Shown piece after piece: positions 50,883-61,121 of a DNA stretch of 64,000 nucleotides. This DNA is from Marsupella aquatica. Lineage: Eukaryota > Plantae > Marchantiophyta. Both the position numbers and the translations under genes were made by a program. Under the pieces are notes generated by a model. That model worked only from the letters and a program-made list of their open reading frames with translations. It ran no database searches and was not told the DNA's origin. The stretch lies in contig OZ316899.1 of NCBI GenBank assembly GCA_973895155.1, positions 5,831,241-5,895,240 on the forward strand. Direction: 5' to 3'. How positions within the stretch are numbered: the stretch's first letter is position 1; each line of letters begins with the position of its first letter.

Positions 50883-53800
50883 TCATGGATCCATATCATC
50901 TACAATTACTGAAGCCATCAAACCCTTCCTCCGTCGTGGGAAGATGGGAATGACGATGGACCATCCTCTCATAGTGTGCATCGGAACCATAATACACTGA
51001 TCCACCTGGCTAGGAAATACTATAGTGTCACTAACCTCAGTCCTGGATGGTGCTACACGAGTCGTGTCTACCCGATAGAACCCACACTCATCTTTCACCA
51101 TGGTGGCTCTATGTGGAGGTGACATGATGGATTTGTGCCACCGCACCTCTAACACAATAGTAGTAAATGACCCAAAGTGAACGTCTAAAATATCCAATAT
51201 AGTGCCACAACAGGGAATCTCAACATCACTTGGGTCTGTCAACATGAACACTCCTGAGTTACATGTACTCTTCTTCATGTGATCTGTCCTCCAAGTGCGA
51301 AAGTGGTGCCCTGACTCATACATGTGTGTATGGGTCATTGCCCACAACCTGGTCCCCTAATGATGTTCTGTACATCAATGGGAATGGATAAGGGGTCCAT
51401 GCTCTGCAAGGAGCCTATCCATGCGCTCCAATGCCCATACGCAAAATAATGCATACCGTCGTGCAACTATCAATTGCTGCTCCAAGAATGCACTGCAAAA
51501 AATGTATGAATCCATGAGAATATTGCGACCTCATCCACATAAGTGCTCCTTGAACCCACTCTAACTTCTACACACATAGAATGTAGAACAACGTCTATTG
51601 TTAGATTAACATATATATAGAGTTGCATATATGTACCTATGCAACTCCCTCCACTGAGACATCTCTGGGCGATTTCCCAACACATAATTGTGGATCTGTA
51701 GGCAAAGTATGTCATCATGTAGTGAACGCTTTTTTGATGCACCCATCAAACGCAACCCACTATTGTCATCATCTTGTGCCCCTTCCCAAGCTGTGGGAGC
51801 TTCTGTGTCCAACTCCCTATCATCCCTCCGGAATAAAAGAGGCACTCCGACATGATATACCCCATTGCCATACTTCCCTCTGGTTGAGCTGGTTGACGCA
51901 CCATGGACTTGAGCACTTTCATGAAGCGCTCTACCCAATACATCCAACGTGCATGGACAGGACCAGCAATCGCGATCTCATCCACCAAGTGACATAGTAA
52001 ATGCAATTGCATGTCAAATATGCATGGGGGAAACACCTTCTCCATATTGCACATCACGCGAGCTGACCTCTCCCTCATCAAAGGAATCTCAGACTCCTTT
52101 ATCTCCTTAGCGCATACCCACCTATGTTCCTCCTCAAAACCATCAAAGATTTTGTATATCAGATCCACATAGGGCCATAGAAAAATGAGTTTGAAATACT
52201 TGTTGAATTACATGGCTCCTCCAGCGGTAACAAGAACTTGCAAGAGAGCAATGGAAGAGAGGGTACGTTATCATACCTAAAAATGGAGCACATCTCATAT
52301 ATAGTCAGACGGAGTAAACGACGCTCCCGGGAATCATCACAACAATGCAAGACTGTTGGTAGCACATGTTGTATCAACTTGTGATAATCATGAGACTTCA
52401 ACCCTATTGGGGGTATGTGATCATTCCTTGTAGTGCACCCACAAAAACCAGCTCCGTAATGGCTAGGGAACTTCATCTCGCTTATCATCCCATTCATGTC
52501 CTTCAAAACCTCTCTTGGCAAAATCCAAGGACCAGGAGGTTTCTCCCCAGTACGTGTTATCCAACAACTCTTCACTACTCCAACCCTCTCAGCATCCTCT
52601 CGGACTCCACGAGTGTCATTTGTCCCATAAATGTGCTTCACCAAGTTCTTAGCAACATTCACTTCAATGTGCATGGGGTCCAACAACCATCGAACCTGGA
52701 GTCTCTGGAAATTGAAATAACATATTGAATCAGTTGCAATCTCTAAATTAAGCATTTTATTGGTCTAATTTGCTGTAAAGGAACCATGCACTTCTATCAC
52801 TTACCCTCCAATAAGGCAAGTCCCACATAGCTGAGCGTCGGTTTACTCCACAATCCTTGGGTTTCAGTAACTTTGCTTCCACCTTCTCTGCCATTTGAAT
52901 TTGTCCTTCAGCTGAAGGGCCATTAGGACATGGCCGCACTTCAGTCTCTGCCCAATGTGTTGTGTTTTGTCGCAAGTGGTCATCCATTGCCAACCGGACC
53001 CTACTGCCCTCATATGTGGTTTTGTGCAGTAGTCTTGAGTACCTCCCACGCAACTCTGGGCCACATGAAGGGCAAGCTGAAAAACCTGCCACCTTCAAGC
53101 CAGATATTGTCCCCATACCTGCCATTTCATTGAACCATGTTTAGACCACAAATAACCCCAACACTTGCATTGTACATGACATTGTGCAAACAATAGTCAT
53201 TGGGTTGCCCAATGAATTACCTGGATCATCTGTGGTGCAATGAGTGATCATCACCCTCATATTGAAGGTCCTGTCATTGCCTGCTTCACGAGTGACATCT
53301 GTTGTCACTGCTCCAACCTCCCATAGATTATGTAGCTCTTCATAAGCTGGAGCCAAACAGATATCAGGATTCTTACAGGCCTTGGGTCCAGGAATTATAG
53401 CTAATAGAAGCACATGACCCTTCTTCATTGCCAACCATGGAGGGATGTTTTGATTTATCAAAAGAACAGGCCAGATGGACTTAGGCTTCCGTCATTGTTT
53501 ATATGGGTTCACTCCATCGATTGCCAACCCCAAACAAACATTTCTTGGCTCCTGGGCAAAATTTGGCCAAGTGGCATCAATGTGCTTCCACGCTGGACTA
53601 TCTTGGTGGTATTGCATTATCCCTGGTGGGGATTTGTTCTCCACATGCCAAGTCTGTAGTGTGGATAAATGCTTTCATCGGTAGAGATGCTGAAATCGGG
53701 GAGTGATTGGGAAATAACGAAAAACCTGCCAGATCCAATGTAACGTCGTCAATTTGACGACAATCACACTAAACGTCCTTCCACACTACGTATTATTAAA

Positions 53801-54851
53801 ACTAACATCGTGGAGGACAACGTTTCTTACATACGATGTACCATGCAACGTTAGTTATTGCATCCCATACGACGTAAAAACAAAAAAATGTCAGGTGGAA
53901 AGACATAAAGTGAGATGGACGACGTAAAGTAATCAATTACATAGTCATGTACGACGTTGTTTGAAAGAATGCAACGTTAAAAGTTGGACTTTCTTGTTCT
54001 CACATTGCGTTGAGGAAAACATTACCTTTTCTGCAATCTTGTCTCCAATGGTGTCTGGTCGATATTGTGGAAGCCTACAGTGCTCCTCTGGGCAGTGAGT
54101 GTGATCCTTGTACACTCCTCTATACAAGATGCACCAACCTGGGCACATGTGGATAGTCTCTAAAGCCAACCAATTGAGGCTAACAACTTCTTAGCCTCCC
54201 TCACACATCCAAGGAGAGTGTTTGGTTGGGGCAAGAGTTTTCCGTGGAACAATTGGAAGAGTGCATCTGTATGGACATCCGAACCATTGAAAACTCCTTG
54301 CAAATTCAACATCAACAAAGTTGCACCCAACCTGGATTTGCAAAACCACAAACACCAGACTTTTTGCAGTTAGTCCAAGTAGCTAGATGGCATGCCTGGC
54401 ACTACAACTTAGACTGCCCAATATTCACTGGATGAAATTCCAGAGTTGTGATAATTTTAGGACAACCTTACCGTGAGGATGGAGATCCCTCAAATAGTGG
54501 TGTTTTGGCTTCAGTCTCCAAGTGATCCCAATCTTCTTGATCCACTTCCATGATAGGGTGCTCGGCGTCAGGTGCATGAGGTCCAAAGTGAACGTCAACA
54601 AGGTGGGCAAAGGCATCTTCTTCAAGGATAGGGTCATCTCCCTCATCTCCCTCATCGTCAACATCATCATCCAACTCTCCATCATATGCATCATGGTACT
54701 CCTCATCCTCATCGTCCATCTCATCATGGTCAAGGGGCTGACCCTCAGCATCCTCCTTGTCTGAGAAATGTAAGGTGGCACGTACGTGAAAGGCACGGGC
54801 TGATGTAGTCATCATTGATGGGTGAGGTGTGGGAGTAATATGTACACCATC
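50883..54851 (-). pseudogene. CACTA transposase core, copy 2, spliced and degenerate
   Basis: LLPQPNTL..REAKKLL, HMCPGWCILY, NIPPWL, TTDDPG, LDPMHIEVNV, GLKSHDYH, FPPCIFDMQLHL, WMYWVERFM and KDECGFYRV. Confidence 0.92.
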
Positions 54852-54984
54852 CTAGAGTTTTCAATATGCAATGACAAATCACAATTAGAGAAAGGGTTTC
54901 CGTGATAAAGCTTACAGTGAAACATCAATAATGAAAAATGCAAGGGTCACCCCATAATGAATATGTCATGTACACATGTAAACA

Positions 54985-55789
54985 TCAATGCCAATCATAA
55001 TCTACGAGAATCTCTTCCCCTGCTCTAATGGTGCGGGTAGCATGTGTCAAGATGTAATGCGTGCATGCTACAAGCAAACGAGGGTGACTCTGGTCATGGA
55101 ACTCGTGCCACTCAGCGTTTGGCCTAAACCCTGAACGCCGAGAACCAATAGTGCTGTTGATGTAACCCGCCAAGTTCCCCGTGCAAGGTGGGTAACCATC
55201 AATCTGAGCATACCTAGGGTCCAACTTTAGTGACATGCCATATCGACTAAAGGTTGGGCACTGTCGGGACAAGATGCGCCATCTCGCCGCCAAATACTTG
55301 GGCCCATAGAATGGAAACAACTAAGGCAAATCATCGGGTGCACAACCGGTAGGGACCACAATATCCACAAGAGCAAATACTCCAAGTCCTACATGAGTCC
55401 CCAATGTGGAGGGGAGGATGACCCATGGGCGGTCCCAAACTATAATAGGCTCCCGAAGCGGGAGGTCCATAGGGAGTCCAAACTGGGCTGGGAAGGAGTC
55501 CTTTAAGATGTCCAAGGCTCTCCCTCGCAACTGTCTCGATGCCCGGGACACCGATGCATCAAGAAAAGGGCATCGGGGCGGAACAATCCTAGGTGGACGG
55601 GACTCAATCGATCGGGGTCTAGTGGTCACCACTACTCCCTCTCAATAGGGTGCATCCTAAACACTCTCCTCCTCCTCCAAAATACACGGTCTATCTCCCT
55701 CAATGTGGCTGGCAAATCGGATGGATGGACGAGTGGTGCGAGTGCACGATATGCAATGTCTCTCAAGCGGTCCACAGGCGAAGATCGCA
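54985..55789 (-). pseudogene. SET-domain exon inside the CACTA-2 transposase gene (in-frame stops)
   Basis: VILPSTLGTHVGLGVFALVDI ... *LFPFYGPKY ... GNLAGYINST ... PNAEW ... ATRTIRAGEEILVDYDWH*. Confidence 0.88.
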
Positions 55790-55906
55790 CTACAACAGGA
55801 ATATGTTCCACATGCTCACCAAAACAAGTTCAGAATATGACAATCAAAAAACAATTCAAGGAAGGAGATGTTATCATAATTGCAATACCCAACAAAATTG
55901 TATTAC

Positions 55907-56550
55907 CTCTCGGGTCGGGGGGTGTAACGACCATGGATCCCTAAATGGCTAAGGACAGTGGTCCTCTCGTGTAAGACAACACCCTTGCATCGTCTGCAAC
56001 GGCAAGGCATCTTGCGAACTGGCCCAATCCCCTGAAGAGCAGCCATGGCCTCTCCAAATCCATCAGCATGATGGGGGCTCCAGCCTCTCCTACCCTCGGA
56101 ATGATGTCTGCGTCGACAACGCCTGGATTGGTGACGCCTAGATCAATCATACATGTCTGGTGAGTAATCTCTCTCCCGGTCCGATAGGTCATCCCTCCCC
56201 CTATGATGATGGTCATCTCTGCGTCGGGTGTAAGTACCCCCACCATGGTCCTCATAGGATGAGTCATCCCTCCTCCTCCCTCCCTTGTCATCCCTCCTCC
56301 TCTGCCGCTCGTCATTGCTCCTATAGCCCGATGAAGCTGAACTCCCCCTATGCCGATGATGGTGTCTATGTCGGTGAGAACTACCGCCATGCTCATCGTC
56401 ATCATCACACGAGTCATCCCTTTGCCTATCTGACTCATCATACGTCCCCCTATGATGATGATGGTATCTGTGCCGATGATGCCTGCCCCCATCATGGTCC
56501 GATGCATAGGTTGCCATGTCCCCTGTGATCAAATTTACAAAGGCCCCCAC
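55907..56550 (-). pseudogene. First exon: His/Arg/Asp-rich repeats followed by a transposase-associated Cys/His domain
   Basis: Reading through the TGA at 56143 gives PCRCRRCKGVVLHERTTVLSHLGIHG, then donor AG|GTAATA at 55906. Confidence 0.78.
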
Positions 56551-57708
56551 AACATATTAAACCCCAAGCATAAACGTATCCCGCTACGTTAACCAAAATA
56601 ATGTCCATCCACACGACGTTCTTCTAAAATTAACGTCGTTTTTTAGGTTGTGGGGAGGTTGCTGAATTTAGTTTACGTCATAATGTACGACGTACTTAAT
56701 AAGTTAATGTCGTTCGGTATGACGTAATTATGTGTAACGTTGCCACTAAACCCTACACCCCTGGTTAATGTTGTGATTAATGACGTTAAATTAGGGTAAC
56801 GGCGGGTCTCCAAGGTTCGTGGGCTATGGCTGTTTTCCTTTAACAAAACATCGGGAAGTGACTCGAATGTGACTCACATTCAACATTCAACACTTCCCCT
56901 CTCCCCCTCTCGACCTCCTATCTTAACAGTGAATGACTATGGCTCATCCACGCTATCTCCCTTCCAATGGAGATTTTTGTGACGCCGTCGGTACGGCGGT
57001 TAATGAGTGATTCGGTCTAACTGCGCTTAGCACGCGCGTTACGAGTGTCTTAGGCCGCTATTATTAGCATAATGACAATATTTAGGTAATCATTATGGGT
57101 AGGACATCATTAGGCAATAAGGGGGAATTCAGGTTCGGATTGGCAACGGGTCGCTATTCGCACACCCGGGTTACGAGCGTGGAGGGGCCCCTCCCTCGAG
57201 TCCGTATAACGAACTTAAGGAAGCGGCCACTGACACGCGCTGACTCAGACCGGCGGAGTGGCCGGTACACCACAAGCGTGAGCGGTTCAGCCTATGGGCG
57301 TCGAGGAGATGTCGGGGGATCGGCAAGCCCTCAAGGTATAAAAAGGGAGCCGACCCTTTGGAGTGCACCAGTCCATCAGTCCACGCGCCAGCTTCAACCC
57401 CAGCTCTCTCGTTTGCTCTAAGTCGCCACTACTATCTCCTCTGAATGTCGCACACGATCCTCTCTAGCTCGACCATTCGATTCTGGACGCAATTCCTATC
57501 TACCGGAAGGCACTTGACCGACTCATTGAAACACGCCAACCTGCGCCGATACAAAATTGAACGTGAGTACGAGAGAGCCATCCGCCTAGCAGGATGACAC
57601 CACTACATCCTTAACTTTGACTACCCGTCTCAGAGCGAGCTTTACCGACCAGCAGAGGTATCTGGGTACTTCTTCAACAGAGACAAATATATCGGTTTCT
57701 GGGAAGCA

Positions 57709-60038
57709 TTGCTTCGGCTTCCGGATGAGGTCTTCAATATCCCGGGTACGATCAACTTGCAACGACATCACTTCGACCACATCCCTGCTCAGGTTCGGGC
57801 TATCATCAATAGCGAGTCCAGCACTACCCGTTTGACAAGGTCGTTCGCACTTGCTTCGGAGAACTTCTACCAGCACCTGCAGAGCTTCATGGGAACTAGA
57901 CCCGCAACCACCGGCGCCAGCCCAGTGGACCCCATACCCGTACCCGTACCAACGCAGACTCAGGCTCAGGCTCAGCTTCAGGCTCAGCTTCAGTCTCAGC
58001 CTCAGCCTAGCCAACCCCCACCGCCGATCGCCCCGCCAGCAGTACAAGTACGCTCCATCATCAACGCTGTGGACCTTAGCGACGACGATGAGGCTACCCC
58101 ACCCTTGCTCAGGCGGCCCAGAGGAGTAAACACTCAGGGGGCCGACACTGCATCGTCCCCTCCCCATGCTCGGACCAAGGAGCAGCTCCAGCAGACAACA
58201 CGGTGACCGTGGCCGCCCCAGGACCAATACTAACGGCGGTAGTACTACCTATGCCCGATCGAGAGGATGGGGAGGTGTCACCTTCCCCGAGCCAGTCACG
58301 GGGGAAGAAGAGGAAGGAACTCGCCACTGCATCCGGGTTACCATTGGCCACGGTAGCCGTGGCCAAGGTAACAATGCACCACATGGGGGAAAACGTGCAT
58401 AAGAACATCCTCCATCGCAAGCATGCGGTGTACCTGAAGACTCAGGGATTCGAGCACCTCGCCGCTCTGCCCTGGAACACTTGCAGGTACTACGGGGAGG
58501 ACATGACAGAATTTGTCAAGAATTATGATGATACACGTCAGCATACTCGACTGCGGGGAAGGAATATGTCCCTCACGGAAGAATGGCTCAGGATGATCTT
58601 TGGATTACCCGAAGGTGACCATCGAGTCGAATCACGGGCTCCCGGGGGCAAGGGAGCCAAGTACCAATCCTCAAGTTTTCCCTCAGAAGGAGCAGTGGAC
58701 AACGGGTTTGTGATGAGGACCTGTCTCATCCCCGAGATAGCTGAGCGACTGGAGTTCCAGAGGTACGCCCTCCACATGATGGAACCCGGGGGGAGATCTC
58801 CGCCGCCCAGGTTATCCAGGTCGAGAACTATGGACCTAGGAAGTGGGCGTCGTACTTCGCTAAGAAATTCCATGAAGAGATGGAGCGGCGAAGGAAGACG
58901 CTGTACATTGGCGGGAAGGCGTATTTCGCTAGCCACATCGAGATCATTCTTGAGTGGTACGCTCGGTTTGATCAACGAACCCTTCCCCGTGTCAACGTTA
59001 CAAAGCTGGTCCCAGCTAGGTGGGTTTTTTCGGCCTTGGAGAGACGGCCCCAACCCGAGGCCCGAAGTCCAGCGGACACGCCAGCTTCACCCACCTCCAC
59101 AAGTAGCTGTAGTCGTAACCGAGGAGGTACCGGATGGGTCGGTTGTCGCAACCGTTGATGCGATCCAACAGGCCGGGCTAAGTACAGAAGTCGGTATGGC
59201 GGAGGTCTTACCCGAGCCCGGGTCTCCCAAAGACCCACCGGTGGCTATTCCGGAGAACCGGACATTGCTGCAGGAGGATACTCCAGCCCCTTCCAACATT
59301 ACGTCCCCAGGGCTGGACGTCACTGCCCTGGCCCCCGCGCGTGTTGACGTCTGCCCGTGCCCAACTCCGGACAGGCACAACCTGGACCACCCGAAACTCT
59401 TCGTACCGGGTACATTTCTGAACGGGCTTCTGGGAGATTTCTCTCATCAAATTGCCCGGGATACCGGGGAGTTCATGGCCCGGAAGGTAGCCTGTTTCTT
59501 CAATCAGGAGTTAGTTGCCGCAGTAAAGGCAGGTTGGGCCCAGTCAGAGGCCCCTCAGAGGATAGAGCGGTACCGGGTGGAGTCCGTCTACTTAAAGAAC
59601 GAAGTTGCAGCTCAAGAGGCTGAGCTTCTGCAACTACGACCCAAGGTTGCAGCCGCCGATGATTTGTTAGCAAAGGCGCACGCCCTTACCGCCCTAGCCG
59701 AGTAGGCCAAAGCTGGGAACGAGGCCGAGATTGCACGACTCCGGAACCAGATTGACAGTTTGAAGAATCAAACTGTCATCTGGCAGAAGGACCTGGAGGA
59801 GGCCGAAGAACGGGCCCAGTGGGACACTGCGGAGATAGCCACGCTGCAGGCCGAGGTGGCGCGGCTCCAAACCGAGGCCGAGAAGCAAGACCAGCTGGCG
59901 GGTAAATTGACGAGCGACGCCCAGCAGCTGGAGGAGGCATGTCAGGAGGCAGCAGAGGAGAAGGACGTGGCGAGGCGAGAGAACAAATCTCTGCTGGACC
60001 AGGTCCAGCTCCTCAAGGCGGACAATGACAGGCTTTGA
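57709..60038 (+). pseudogene. ORFs inside the putative LTR: Pro/Gln-rich, PMD-like and coiled-coil
   Basis: GFEHLAALPW...EFVKNYDDTRQHTRLRGRNMSLTEEWLRMIFGLPEG...NGFVMRTC, with C-terminal coiled coil at about 59580-60038. Confidence 0.65.
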
Positions 60039-61010
60039 AGGCAGCGGGATGACCGCTCCCATTCGGGTGGCTCAGGCAAGCGTGCCAGGCATTAGTAGCG
60101 GAGCAGGAATAGATTAGGATTAGGACTAGCTTAGTCAAGCTCTTGGGACAGGCACTTGCCTTAGGTACAGCAGCGCTGCCATGCTATCCAGCCTACGTAG
60201 ATTAGGATCTTCTAATAAGACACAGCCGTTTTCCGGCCTGACTGTCAGCTTAGTTAGGACCTTAGTCAGCGAATGTTCGGCGAGAGGACACCCCGTCCCT
60301 CGGCCCTCGGCCCTTAGTATTTAGTGCACCCCTCGGTAGAGGCAGGGGGGGTTTTTAGTCTCAAAGTTGGACATCCGTAGTATGTGCGGGGAGTCCCGGC
60401 CTCTGGGAGTGAAAGAGTACCAAGGGGAGGGGGTAGGACTAAGCTCGTCGGGCGAGTGCAGAGCCGGGCTCCGTTGTAGTATACTCTCTTGGCCTTGAAC
60501 CTGTTCATTCCGGAGCTATCGGGTCAACCAAGTGTACGCACATGTCCCCTATGTAGTAAAATCATTTCCCATTATTTCCTTCATGTAAATCGAGATTGTA
60601 TGCTTGTGCGCTTGTATGTGTGTGTGAATCTCGTGTATAGGTGACAACGCCGGGCCGAACACACTACCCAAATCGTGCACGAGGTGCAGCTTGCGGGGAT
60701 GTGGTTGCGAGCACGGGTTGAGGACCTGTATCATGGAATCCGGATCAAAGGCGGACAACACGAAGGCTTAGAAGTCCTTAAGCCGGGGTCGATGCTGTTA
60801 TCGACTAAGGTACGTTCCGGCGGCGGAACACAAACCATACCTAGGAGATGTCCGTATCTAACAGTAGGCGCATTTAGCGCTAGTTTACGTGAATTAGGTG
60901 CATTACGCGCTTCCCTCCCTGCCCGAACCCTCAGATTTACGAGGGATGTGCCCGTCTAAGCTGAAGTCTGAGTTAAGGCCGAAATCGACGACATGACATA
61001 GCCTTTGTTT

Positions 61011-61028
61011 TGGCGCTAGATGGAGGGG
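61011..61028 (+). promoter_or_regulatory. Primer-binding site (tRNA-Asn-like)
   Basis: TGGCGCTAGATGGAGGGG versus the recalled plant tRNA-Asn complement TGGCGCTAGAAGGAGGG (one mismatch). Confidence 0.7.
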
Positions 61029-61121
61029 GCACTCTACATATTGTAGAGGGGAGACATGTGCGTATTCACCTAGGCAGGATACATCAGGACGTAGTACTAA
61101 CCATCGCATTTATATGAGTAA

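Larger units (their letters stand above)
49258..56977 (-). mobile_element. CACTA-family element, copy 2 (ends uncertain; right part probably displaced by the LTR insertion at 56978)
   Basis: Transposase exons and AACGTCGT-type motif clusters. A possible CACTG terminus at 49258 has no partner in the window. Confidence 0.8.

Noticed and set aside
55941-56507. 188-aa Met/Gly/Ile-rich ORF and similar shadow ORFs (e.g. 36460-37119, 57586-58227, 29218-29712)
   Set aside because: Alternative or antisense frames of low-complexity or TE coding sequence with no independent motifs.
56926-56931. CAGTG as the right terminus of CACTA-2
   Set aside because: The inverted match to CACTGGCAC at 49258 does not extend beyond 5 bp, and the flanks (TTC vs AAT) give no TSD.
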